Source: Octopus vulgaris (lineage: Eukaryota). From it: DNA of 64,000 nucleotides. Positions 26,985 through 40,589 of this stretch are shown piece by piece. The notes beneath the pieces were generated by a model that made no database searches, was not told where the DNA came from, and saw only the letters and a list, made by a program, of their open reading frames with translations. A program made the translations under genes and the position numbers. Position 1 is the stretch's first letter; each line of letters opens with the position of its first letter. The stretch lies in NCBI GenBank assembly GCA_951406725.2, contig OX597822.1:9052001-9116000 (forward strand), read 5' to 3'.

Positions 26985-27576
26985 TAGATATAGATATACT
27001 TATATTTATATATACGTGCGTATGTGTATGTGTCTCTATGTATACCTGTCTTTTCTTTTAATAAAAGTTTTTCAACGCCCACTTGCTATGTTTCAGCCTC
27101 ATTTTTAATCCACATACATGTAATATCAGGTCAGAGCAATTTAATTCTGTGCACTAACTTCACAAGGGTGACTACACACCACACCGCCCCTCAACACTAA
27201 GCCAATGCTTACTTAAACACATTTCAAAGCCGATAATTTTTGTTGATGTTGACGCTATTATTATTGATATTTTGAATTTCCCTAACAGTTACATTTATTT
27301 TGTCTAAATTAATATTTAAATACCAACTAATGACTACAAAAAGTTTTCAGATGCTTCCGTCACTTTCCATTGCACTCTTTGTGCCCAGTAACCATTATAA
27401 ATTTGTTCACCATACCCTGTGGGTGGTTTCAATCACTTTGAGAAACTCTGTTGTATTGCTTTATTCATTAGTCTGCGATTGGTCTGAAGGGAACTGTGGA
27501 AATGTGATATAATATATGACTGGAGGACGACAAAGTTCACAAGGTTTTTTCTAACCTGTAAATATAGAGAGGCTGA

Positions 27577-27919
27577 TACTCTTTTACTCCTTTTACTCTT
27601 TTACTTGTTTATTCTTTGTAAGCCCAGTACTTATTCTATCGGTCTCTTTTGCCGAACTGCTAAGTGTCGGGGACGTAAACACACCAGCATCGGTTGCCAA
27701 GCAATGCTAGGGGGACAAACACACACATACACATATATACATATATATACATATATACGACAGGCTTCTTTCAGTTTCTGTCAACCAAATCCACTCACAA
27801 GGCATTGGTCGGCCTGGGGCTATAGCAGAAGACACTTGCCCAAGATGCCACGCAGTGGGACTGAACCCAGAACTATGTGGTTGGTTAGCAAGCTACTTAC
27901 CACACAGCCACTCCTGCGC
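27577..27919 (-). mobile_element. SINE family A with an internal deletion near the 3' end
   Basis: Lacks the CAGTCATTTGACTGCGGCC...CCCCGGGAC block seen in other copies. Confidence 0.9.
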
Positions 27920-28145
27920 ATATATACAGATATCATTTATATTTATATATATATATATACTGATATCATTTCAGAATGAACACGGCTGAAATACTAGGGG
28001 AAAGGGGGGAACCATCGCTTCTCTCATTTGCTGTGGCCAGAGTATACTTTGTGAGTTGGATATCGCCGTTTGTTGGATTCATACTCGGTTATAAACGTAT
28101 ATTCAAGCAATTTTGGTTGGGAAAATATAATTTGTTCAAACAAAT

Positions 28146-28306
28146 GTGGACGCTCTTACGCTAAAGAGAGATCCGCATGAGTCTCAACCACTAAGAATTG
28201 TTCTCGTCCTGCTCGCTTACGTTCATATTGTGCTAAATGTTTTCTTGAGAACAATTCTTAGTGGTTGGGACTCATGCGGATCTCTCTCTAGCGTAAGAGC
28301 GTCTAC
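28146..28306. repeat. Near-perfect hairpin with 60-bp arms and a 41-nt loop
   Basis: 28146-28205 versus 28247-28306: 57 of 60 positions complementary. Confidence 0.92.
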
Positions 28307-29104
28307 TTTAGTGGATTCTCTCTCATATGTGTATTATTCTTCCTATATAATGCATTTTTCAGTCAATGCAAGATGAAACATGACAAAATTGTTCCCACAA
28401 TATATCCTTGCAGACTGCAGGAGTGTCCGTGTGGTATGTACATATGTCTAGGCACGTATGTTTATGTTACCATGGGTGAAAACCAATCCACTATGACCGA
28501 AATATAATGATATATAGGTTTAACTTAATTATGTCCCTTATCTCAAACGTATTCACAACTTTACATATCAAACGAGAACAGTGAAATAATTACCTGTGAA
28601 AGTAGCTCATTCTATCTAATCTTCTAATACCTTCTGGAAGGTAACAATCCAGCTGATTGCAATCGAGAACCTAAAACATAAACGAATAAAAGTGATGAAC
28701 GAAGCATAAATCGGCTGGCAATAAATCATTTGTCAACACATTCCTTCCACTGACCGACACACCTACTCTCTCTTCACTCTGGGACTTCTATTGTAACAAC
28801 AATAGCCTCTGCTGCTAAAATCTAGCAACTTCCATCCCATCTTCATTCTATCAAATGTCATATACAAGCCTCTTGTCGCGTCACCTTTTCGCGTCTCCTT
28901 CCTACTCAGATCTTGCAATAACCTCCTAAATATTTTCTTCCCAGAAATTCATTACTCTCGGACTTCCTTGCTGCTCGTGTTAGTTTCTAATTATAATATT
29001 TATACTCATTATATTCAACATGTTAATACTTGTTTAACTGATGATTTCGTATAGATGGTGACTCGACGTAATTAACCTCAGATTAATTTTTAAAATATAT
29101 TAAT

Positions 29105-29301
29105 TACTCTTTTATTCTTTTACTTGTTTCAGTCTTTTGACTGCGGCCATGCTGGAGCACCGCCTTTAGTCAAGCAAATCGACCCCGGGACTTATTCTTT
29201 GTAAGCCCAGTACTTATTCTATCGGTCTCTTTTGCCGAACCGCTAGGTGACTGGGACGTAAACACACCAGCATCGGTTGTCAAGCAATGCCAGGGGGACA
29301 A

Positions 29302-29336
<35 letters not shown>

Positions 29337-29507
29337 CATATATACGACAGGCTTCTTTCAGTTTCCGTCTACCAAATCCACTCACAAGGCATTGGTCGGC
29401 CCGGGGCTATAGTAGAAGACACTTGCCGAAGGTGTCACGCAGTGGGACTGAACCCGGAACCATGAGGTTGGTTAGCAAGCTACTTACCACACAGCCACTC
29501 CTGCGCC
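29105..29507 (-). mobile_element. SINE family A, full length
   Basis: Colinear with 22123-22555. Confidence 0.92.
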
Positions 29508-29646
29508 TAATTGTTCACGACTATATATTTACGGTATTTTACATCTAACCAAAAATATCCATTCTTAGCTTCTGAAATCTAAAAGCAGAAATATAGCTGG
29601 AAATGTCATTCGTATTTGCCGAAATGAAATAGACAATATTAATGAT

Positions 29647-29850
29647 TGGTTTCAAATTTTGGCACAAGTTCAGCAATTTGGGGAGACGGGAAATCGATAA
29701 CATCGACCCCAGTGCTCAACTGGTGTTTAGTTTATTGACCCCGAAAGGATGAAAGGTAAAGTCGACCTCGGCTGAATTTGAACTCAGAGTGTGAAGACGG
29801 ACGAAATGCCGCTAAGAATTTTGCCCCGGCATGCTAACGATTCTACAATC
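29647..29850 (-). mobile_element. SINE family B, older variant with a different 3' tail
   Basis: Same head and core, but the tail reads GGTTTCAAATTTTGGCACAAG on the plus strand. Confidence 0.8.
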
Positions 29851-29920
29851 TCGGACATTAGCATTTTTAGTTAGATTGTTGATTATTAGAACAGCTTATT
29901 CTAAACATCTACTGCATATA

Positions 29921-30151
29921 TATTTCTTTACTACCCACAAGGGGCTAAACATAGAGGAGACAAACAAGGACAGACATAGGTATTAAGTGGATTACATCGA
30001 CCCCAGTGCGCAACTGGTGCTTAATTTATCGACCCCGAAAGGATCAAAGGCAAAGTCGACCTCGACGGAATTTGAACTCAGAACGCAGCGGCGGACGAAA
30101 TACCGCTAAGCATTTCACCCGGCGTGCTAACGATTCTGCCAGCTCGCCGCC
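29921..30151 (-). mobile_element. SINE family B, full length with TSD
   Basis: TSD CATCTACTGCATATAT at 29906-29921 and 30154-30169. Confidence 0.92.
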
Positions 30152-31073
30152 TTCATCTACTGCATATATTTAAGCAATTAGTCTGCGATGATCGTAGGCA
30201 CAGTCTCTCCTGCCTATTACCGTTAAGAAGAGAAAGATTAAAACGGAAACTGGAAACCATTTAGCTTCACAATGGATGAAGATATGAATAAAATACAAGA
30301 AATGTTTAATAGTTATGTCATGAAGAAATGCATCAGGTAAGTAAAGAAAAAAATGTATTTCAAAGAATGGAATAAAATTTATAAAGGTTAAGAACAAAAA
30401 AAAAACTAATGATTTGAAGAAAAACCTTCGTCGAAGAACGAAAGAATATCGTCCAGTATTGAAGATTAAAAAAAACTGCGGTTTGAGCGAATGATAAAGG
30501 AGAGAGAAGGGCTGCCAAATTTAATAAAGAGAAGAAACAGCACAGTGAGAGGAATCGAGAACATAAGGAACTGAGATACATAAGTGCAGCTACATTAAAA
30601 ACTATAAAATATTATTAGCTATTATACTTTTATTTTGAAAGGAATAACAAGGTCGTGAGTGTTTCCACGGTGACTACATAAATCTTTTGAAATTATTCGA
30701 AGACGGCTTTTAAAACAATCGCTACTGAAGCCAGGCTTCATTTCTGGGGGCAATTAATTTTTCTTTTAACGGTATCCTTTTCGATAGAAAAGGTAATGGA
30801 TGTTTAAGCGAGTCTGTTAGAGAAGGTAATGGAAATTTAAGTGTATAAAGTGCCTTGCTGCGACGAAGATCTGTCTATCGAAATAAGTACGAAGTAGGAG
30901 GTAGCGGGTTGTAATAACTTTTGAAAAAGATTCAATGATATAATTGGTATGATTCTCTTGAAGTATTACTACATTAATAAACTCTGCTATTATCAATGCG
31001 AATACACCTGCTAAAGCTAATATCCGAACAATTCCATCAGTTAACACAAACATTTTGAAATTCAGTTGTTATC

Positions 31074-31603
<530 letters not shown>

Positions 31604-32004
31604 AAAATATTTTCGCACAGGCACACATAATCAAAGTTACATACGCCTGTATATGCAAAGACGCGCACTCATACACACGCACCTACGCGAAATACTTTAA
31701 GCATTCAAGAAACACATGAATAATAAAACAGAGTAGCAACGGTTCCTTCACATGTTTTCTCGAACTACAAGAAACAGCTGCCAAATCTTCCTGGAATCAC
31801 ATTTATTAAATTTAGCTGCAGACAAACTCTACTTTAAAATTTAGAATGTAAAGTTTACGTATGGTGTTTTAACATACGTAATGATGCATGTTCTAGTATT
31901 TGTGGGCATGTAGGTGTGTACGTGTATATATATATATACATATATATACACATATATATATATATATATATATGTATAAATATGTATACATATATATATA
32001 AATT

Positions 32005-32421
32005 ATGGCTGCCCCCTCGTTATCGAGTATAGCCATTGCACGAAGCTTAACTGTTACTGGTGCTTGTGAGCGAATGTGACTTTTTAGCCCAGCTAAAGAT
32101 CTACAATGTCTTGTACAGAATTGGCAACTAAAACCTTTACCTGCAATTGCCGGCTGTAGTTGTAACTGGGCTCCATGTGCCTTTGCATGTCGTTTAAGTC
32201 CTCTTGCCGAATTACACTCTCTTCCATACGCCCGACAGATATGATTAGTATGGTGTGTTACACCACCACCAGTGGCCAGGTTGTCACTCATCTGTCTCGC
32301 TTTATGATTACAAAGATGACTCTTGAGTCCAGCTTTACTGAGGCAGGGTCTTGCACAGACATTGCATGTTAGCATCAAAGGAAGACCCTTCCCATCTGGA
32401 GCAGCGAAGGGCATCGCTGTT
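32005..32421 (-). mobile_element. Probable LINE (RTE-like) 3' fragment encoding three C2H2-type zinc fingers
   Basis: CNVC-x12-HLCNH, CRAY-x12-HAKAH and CQFC-x12-HIRSQ in one frame; flanked by TA microsatellites; terminal hairpin ATGGCT..CTCG ATAA CGAG..AGCCAT. Confidence 0.6.
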
Positions 32422-32474
32422 ACATATATATAAATACATACATATATACATACATACATATATACATATATACA

Positions 32475-33053
32475 TTTCTTTCTTTCTTTCTTTTTCCCGT
32501 CTGTCTTGATAGACAATGGGTCGCGCCAAGGGTGGGGCCTACTTTGATGATGAGCAGCGTCTGCTGTGACTGAACAGTCCAATTCTAGAGTGGCAGTCCC
32601 TGGTACAGTTGCTGCACACGAACATCGATGGGTACGTGTGGGGTGTTGCTGCAGTTGTCCTCCTCCTGTCCCGCCTGTCCGACCACAGCTGTGCTCTCCT
32701 TTCCTCAGCCATGGAAACGCCTTTCCTCACTGTCCGACGCCAGGCAGAGCGGTCAGCAGCTGTTACCTCCCACGCGTCCACACAGATGTTGGCAGTCCTC
32801 AGGTCGCGCTTGCACACATCCCTGTATCGTAGCTGTGGACGTCCCTTGGGTCGGGATCCCGTGGTGAGTTCGCTGTACAGGATGTCTTTAAGCATGCGAC
32901 CGTCCTGCATGTGGCAGACGTGTCCGAGCCAGCGCAGTCGTCTCCGCACGAGGAGGGCATGCATGCTTGGCATATTAGTCTGTTCTAGGATGACTCCGTT
33001 TGGTACTCGGTCCTTCCAGGAGATGCCAAGGATCCGTCGAAGGATCTTCAACG
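32475..33053 (-). mobile_element. RTE-clade LINE 3' end, 5'-truncated
   Basis: LRRILGISWKDRVPN...RRLRWLGHVCHMQDGRMLKDILYSEL...GRPQLRYRDVCKRDL...CSNCTRDCHSRIGLFSHSRRC*, then a short UTR and (GAAA)n tail. Confidence 0.92.
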
Positions 33054-33130
33054 GATATATACATACATACATACATATATGTGTATATATATAAAATATA
33101 TATATATATATATATACATACATACATATA

Positions 33131-33165
<35 letters not shown>

Positions 33166-33191
33166 CACATATATACATACATATATATACA

Positions 33192-33395
33192 CAGTAATCC
33201 CTCGACTATCGCGGGTGCTAGATTATAAAACCTTCCGCGATAGATGAAAAACCGCGAAGTAGAAACAGTACTGTACTGTATATATTTTTTTATTTTTATA
33301 ATTTGTATATGTTTATTTTATCATAAATGCAAAACAATACCACGGCTGATTCGGCGTAAGATTAAATAATAAACCGTGATAGGTGAACCTATCTG
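33192..33395 (+). mobile_element. Tigger/pogo-like MITE, left part
   Basis: Starts CAGTAATCCCTCGACTATCGCGGG, with subterminal repeats CCGCGATAGATGAA / CCGTGATAGGTGAA; right TIR not found. Confidence 0.55.
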
Positions 33396-33735
33396 AGTGG
33401 TGTTTAACCTGACTAGAAATTAAGTATGCAACATAAACAGACCATACCAAAATTTGAACGCCAAGAATCAAAAGAAATACAAGGTATATATTCTGCAATT
33501 CTTTGATTTCAGCCAGTCCACTGCTCTTGATTAGGTCTTATCTGACAATCTAGTAAACGGAAAATGACTTCGTCAGAATTTGGAATCAGGCTCTCTGTGT
33601 GTGTGCGCGTGTTTGTGTGTGTGTACGTGCAACACTTAGTTTATTCCTGCCTCTGATTCTTAAAAACAATAGTTATCCTGTTGGCGGATGCTAGTAACAA
33701 AGTACGAATATTCCAGTATACGAGCGTATATCATA

Positions 33736-33966
33736 TATGTCTTTACTACCCACAAGGGGCTAAACACAGAGGGGACAAACTAGGACAGACATAGGTATTA
33801 AGTCGATTATATCGACCCCAGTGCGTAACTGGTACTTAGTTTATCGACCCCGAAAGGATGAAAGGCAAAGTCGACCTCGTCGGAATTTGAACACAGAACG
33901 TAACGGCAGACGAAACACGACTACGCATTTCGTCCGGCGTACTAACCTTTCTGCCAACTCGCCGCC
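33736..33966 (-). mobile_element. SINE family B, full length
   Basis: Flanked by the repeat TATACGAGCGTATATCAT (about 33717 and 33981). Confidence 0.9.
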
Positions 33967-34219
33967 TTTTTGATATACGATATACGAGCGTATATCATGT
34001 CAGGGTGATTCGAAGGGAATTTGTCAGCTATATCGAGCAAGTCCATACAGATGCGCTCTCCTTTCTTTACATGTATTTTTAAGTTTGTCTTTTCTTGTTG
34101 TCGCTAATGATTTTGGTATTGTTTTTTAGCGTCTTGACTCAGCACTGATTGAGCAGACCTGATATCATAGGCGTTAAACTGTGATCATTCCATCCTTTAT
34201 TTTCTTCGTCATATACCAT

Positions 34220-34636
34220 TACTCTTTTACTCTTTTACTTGTTTCAGTCATTTGACTGCGGCCATGCTGGAGCACCGCCTTTAGTCGAGCAAATCGACCC
34301 CGGGACTTATTCTTTTGTAAGCCCAGTACTTATTCTATCGGTCTCTTTTGCCGAATCGCTAAGTGACGGGGACGTAAACACACCAGCATCGGTTGTCAAG
34401 CAATGCTAGGGGGACAAACACAGACACACAACCCCCACACACACACACACACATATATATATATACATATATACGACAGGCTTCTTTCAGTTTCCGTCTA
34501 CCAAATCCACTCACAAGGCATTGGTCGGCCCGGGGCTATAGCAGAAGACACTTGCCCAAGATGCCACGCAGAGGGACTGAACCCGGGACCATGTGGTTGG
34601 TTACTAAGCTAGTTACCACACAGTCACACCTTGTGT
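34220..34636 (-). mobile_element. SINE family A, full length
   Basis: Colinear with other A copies. Confidence 0.9.
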
Positions 34637-37600
34637 AATTAACCAAGCAATATCATAGAATTATTGTATTATCAAATGTTATGTATTTCCGAGTAATTCT
34701 CTCTGATGTTTCCTATTATTTTCGTGGCAGCAGGGTATGCTTTGAATGATTTTGGTTTCTATTTCTAAGATAACGAATAATATAACTGAGGTTTTCTCCA
34801 TCCGATCGTAAACGGTTAAATAGATGTTGTTTACTCTTCTTGGTTAGCCCAAAGTCTAAATAAAACTTATGATCAAGAAACGTCCGGCTATGAACATACT
34901 AAGATTTTCCTATCTCCAGGTAACACAGTCTGCATTACACAACTTGTCCTTTTTCTGACGCCACAGTGTGATTGGACAGAGATTTGGTTGCTGTTTCTAG
35001 CAGGTCTCCCGAACACGTCATTAGTCTATTACTAGATAGTTAGAGTATGTGGGCAGAACCAAAGTACACTCCTACATACGAGATATTTACTACCAATCAT
35101 GTTAATAAATATATTAGCATTCTCGTGACAGTAACAATGTAGCTTCCATTCAAAAAACAAATTGGAAACAAAATAAATGCAAACAAATCAACTCACTAGA
35201 TTTTCTGTATAGCTTCATCTATATTGCATTTGTGTTTGGATGGCAGAATTGCATGTAACATAATATTTTGGTTTCAATTAAGATTTAAACCTTTCGGCAA
35301 ATAGCAGTTTATAATTCACTGTTCTATTTGAAAGCAGCATTATTACATTTTACAACATAAACCAAAATATAATGGACATTTTTCAACCTTTAAATTACTC
35401 TATTCTGTTTGAAATCCTAAATATTAAGTTTAATATCTCGGCTGAGTTTCGAGTGTATATATCTAAATTTAATAGTGAAACATCAAAGATTTATATTCCG
35501 AACCAATAGGCTTCACAGAAAACTATTAAAAACATAAACTTATTAGATATAAGATATTAATAATCTCTCTACCTAAGCAGAAATCAATCTGGTCAACATG
35601 TATATAAATATGCCGTATGCATATTGTTAATGGTTTATCGTTTATTTTAAACAGCCTCATTTATTGATAGCAAGAATATATTTTTGTTCTTAAGCGATCA
35701 CTAGGTGATTCCAAACAAGGGATATTATATATTTAACAGCAAACAATTTAGAAAGATAGAATTAATCCTAGGTCACATAATTTTTCTGAAAGGATAAACT
35801 TTAATCTGCTTCTCGAAACGTATTTGGAGAAAATAATTTCTTTGGAATCGAATCTTCGGTTTTATAGTTTTTGATAATTTCTCTGTAATCTTATAAACGA
35901 ATAAATAAAGCTGCTTTTTTGTAGACACATAAAAGTTGCTGAATGTCATTTTATGATAAACATTCCGATTAAAGAATACTAATTATTTCTAACATACATG
36001 ATCAAAAACATTAATGGATCAACGAAAATTGTGGTTTATTTTACTTGAAAGTATGAAAAAAGCCGATGAGGATGGTACATCGCTTTAGACAGTTCTTAAG
36101 TGTTGTAGTTGACTGAACTAATTTCGAAAGTAACAAATAATTGACGGTTCCACTCTCATTTTCTGCTAATAACACCGTGCTCTCGTTACAAAGTTATTTA
36201 GAATTCCACTCCCCGATACATATATTACTAAATAAATCCTATGCGTAAGAACGTATCATTGATAATAAAAGCAATGCTAGCTGTTGCGTTATTTTGCAGT
36301 GTACAGCTTATTGCTGTCTCCCAGTGGCAACATGCTAACATATGAAGCTTAATATATTAGAAGAACAGGTGGCACTTTGAAAGTTTTAGCTCTTTCTCAA
36401 TGGCTTTACTGTTGCGAAAAACAAGCTAAAACTACGTTCATTTGATCAAACTTTTACATCTATTACACACTATTGAAAAGTTTGATTCGGAATCCTGTGA
36501 TTTCTCGCCCGTTTCTACTGCATGGGATATTTGAAAAGGGTCTTCTACCAAAGCAACGGGTCTTCCCAAACAGTGTGGGAAATTTGGGCCGAAGAACACT
36601 GAACACAAGCTCCTCCTTGGATGGTCTTTAACTGTTCTTGTGCACTAAATTTAATGGGTGGGTCGATATAACATTGTTACCAGACCATTAGGCTTCGCAT
36701 AGTTACAAGCATTCGAGTAAGATCGTATGTCTGATGATTAAAATAGATGATACGAAAATAAGAAAATAGCGTAAGTTATATTTAATGACCTGTATATAAC
36801 TATTTTACAATTACTTTCTTACTACACTATATTAAAAACTATATATTTTTGTATTTTCCTTATAAAAAGAATTTGCTCTTTATAGATATGCACGGAGAGA
36901 ACATGGCGGTTTTCTTCTTATTGTTGTTGATAATGTTATCGTTCTAATTACCGTTGCTTAGCTTCAGCTCAGCTTCAGTTGAACAGACATTTGGATATTT
37001 GATCAAAGATGTTTCACTTATGTTCATGAAATGCTTTCCTCAGTTACACAGTATATTGAGCTACATTTTCAAATACACTCTTTTCTAGTTCAAGAAACAG
37101 TGTGAATCAAAGAAAATTTGGTTGCTGTATATTGCATGCACATAACGTCTTGCTCGTGGTATTACAGCTGCCTTTGATTATGGCTCGCATCTACCAACCG
37201 TGCAACATCCTGTCATCATACTGAGACTCTTGCGGTACGTCTTAGGAGTTACCATACTTTTGAAGGCACTGGGTGCTTCGTTTGAGGTAAGAATAAATAT
37301 CACACATACTCGAGCATCTTTAATGACTATGTAGAAGGTACCTCACCATTTCAAATGAATTCTGTATTATTGAATGCATTAGATATTTTTATTAAGTTGC
37401 TTGTTTTTCAACGTTATTTAGGGACAATCTTAAGTGATTGATGATTTTAAATGTAAACAAAAATAAGTTCCTCCGTAAAACTGATTTATATTAATTGTAA
37501 AGAAAATACTATGTAAGATTACATTCGAAATTGAAAGATATAATAAATCCTTTTTATAACAGCCTAATAACATTTTATATATTTCAGATGAATTCTTTCG

Positions 37601-40544
37601 AATATTATCCTTAATTCTTCACTGAAATAGTACAGAGGGGAAAACTCTCAAGAGTCCGTAAATAACAAATAAATACTTAAGTGAAGCAGCAGGAGACTAT
37701 TTGTTATACTTAAAACAAGCATTTCGTTAGAATATAAATTAAATGTGTATGAAAGGAAAATAAATTCAAAATTTTGTTTATCGCTTTTATTTTATAAAAT
37801 CTGAAAACGTCAAGGACTGATGAAAATATACTGAAGTAGGTGAAGAGTTTTTAGAGTTGAGACAAGTTGTAGTTTAATAGGATTTGTAAGATTGAAGTTC
37901 TGGAATATTCAGCAGGACGAAATAAAAATATTTCTACTTAATAAGGTGTTTATCACGTCAGATTGCATTCGCTCGTATTCTCATTCTATTACTCTGTCTC
38001 TCATTTTCTATCTTATTTTGTACTGTATCCTTCTAACGGGTAACATTAATGACGTTAAGATATCAATGTCACTGTTTTGGAGAACCTGGAAGGCCAAGCG
38101 CAGTACATCTTTTTCTAGATAAAATGAATTAAACTATCAAGGGTGCCTCTTCGATTTCAATGTACGAGGCAACACCATAGACGAACAGGTATCTATATTT
38201 GTTAGCAATTGTAGCTAATCTCTCTGAGACTCCTGCTGCATTCTTAAAAATAGAATAAATACGATAATACAGTAAGGTATGATGGTAGCGGAATTGTCTC
38301 TCATTGTAGTTCAACTGAATCTGTAAAGTAGTGAATCAAATTACTCATTTGAGGACAAGACGAGCAATTCTGATGGAAGAGAACAGCCAATACCATTACG
38401 TTCAATCCAAGGATTTCACTGGTACTTTATTTTATCCATCCAGAAGTATACTAAACAAGATTCGAACCCAGAACATTCTAAATATTTCTTCAATACTCTG
38501 GCCTTATTTAAGACATTATAACATACTTCATTACAAAATACTTTCACATCAGGTGTATGTCCAATTTCTATCGGGAACGACACATCTGAAAAGCAAGCAC
38601 TGCCTCTGTCCCGTTTCATTTTAAGATGCGGTTCCTTTCCGTCAACGCTACTATGCTGACGAAGCCACTTCCCATACACCGAAGGGATTTCAACAGAAGA
38701 TGCAGTCGCACGGAATATACACAATGAAGTTTTTTTGTTCTTTTGTTTCTTTTTGCATCTAAGATACGTCTTCCATGAGCACACACGAGTTAGGAAGCTG
38801 CAGAGGTTTTATAATTTCATTGCCGCATACGCGCTTGAATCCACAATCTCCGAAGAAAACGGCCCGAAGTTTGTTTGTCTACGAAGAAAACAGTGTTTTA
38901 ACCTACGTCACAACAGAAAAATTGTGTCACAAAATTTACCTGCACATCGAATTTCATAGTGACAAACGCTTGGGTGGCAATCATACCAGGCTCTAAATCT
39001 TTGAAATCGTGAAACACGCAGCAAGCAAAATCAACAAGTAAAATGCAATACTACCAGATATGGCTGGTGAACTTTTGTCTACGTGGCTGAAAGGAGGTTA
39101 AATGCTGGACTATCTCTTTCAGAAGCAACCTTAACACAGGCCAATGTGATTCCTTCTTTGGTGGGTCTCTTCTATGGCGGAACAGAACTGACCTCAACTT
39201 GAAATTTGAAGTAGCTCACCCATAGCTTCAGTGTATATGTAATGCAACGCACACACATACACACACACATACACACACACACACACACTCAAATATAGAT
39301 AGAGTGAAAGAGAAGGAGAGAGAGAGAAAAAAATTGTTATTAATCAAACCAAGGGAAGAAATAGAGACAATTAAGTTGAAAATTCCCAAAGATTGTAATA
39401 GAATTAATTAGAATACACATGACCGGTTTCACATTAATTTCAAAATTGCATGGAGTAGTACTAGTTTCCCTTGAGTTGTCCAGAGACGCCTTATCTGTCT
39501 CACGCTCTTAAATGCTCTGAACCAGTATTTGCCGGTTCGAAACCTATAAACAAGGACGCTGGTGCTCTTCAATACGATATAAAACAAGAGTAAAAAGCAA
39601 ATCAAAGAATCTATCCAGTACACGTGAAACAATTAACCTCGAACAGCACGTATCGCAGACGCTTCAGTGTCTTTCATGCAACTCCTAGCAGACATAATAA
39701 TGAATTAGAGTTGCAAAGAGGCAAAAACATGGTCGGACATCCATCGATCATAGGTTGGCAGAGTATATTTAACCAAACTAAAAGAGATGTTCCCTTTTTT
39801 TAATGCTTTATAATTCTTCCGATTTTCCAAATAGCACCTCTAGTTTACTTTTATTATACCTGAGCTTCTTTGACAGTTTGATATCTGCCACAAACCATTA
39901 CGAACTTCATATATTTATATTCTCAATACACTCTGTATCGTGCAGAATTTCCCCCGACAGACTAATGTGTGCATGGCCGCATTAACACTACAATAAAGCA
40001 CACACACACACATGCTGACTTGCACATGTTTACGCTTACAAAAAGAGAGATACACACATAATATAGATACTCGCTATCCGTCTATATCTCTCTCACTAAT
40101 TCTCTCTCTCTCTATCTCTCTCAAATGCTCATACGCACACCAACCAACATACACTTTCATGTGTTATTGCAGGCAAGCATGAACATACCAAACTATTTTG
40201 CTCTTCCTCCTCGTGAGGAAATTTTTTATCACTGACACTTTCATATGCACAAGACAGACAGACACACACACACACACAAACACACACACATACACATGAG
40301 CACACACAAGAGCGCACGCACACACATGCAATCATATAAACACATACCCCGGCGCGTATGCATGTGAAGTTTGAAGATAAGAATTCACACTCAGAAATAT
40401 TAAGCATCGATAGGGAATTGTGCTCACAGACACACGCACACACACACACACAGACACACACACACACACACAAACAAACAATAAAAGGCAAACCTACACC
40501 ACAAACATACACACGCAACCACACACATGCACAGCTAAAGAGGC

Positions 40545-40589
<45 letters not shown>

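Noticed and set aside
31893-33192. Single host zinc-finger gene spanning both ORFs
   Set aside because: The ORF starts and the linker are microsatellite; these are two separate retroelement-like fragments.
36440-36650. Minus-strand open frame after TTTAG (CTRTVKDHPRR...)
   Set aside because: No recognisable homology; the length is compatible with chance.
38331-38996. Cluster of overlapping short ORFs
   Set aside because: No domain motif, consistent frame or convincing splice pattern.
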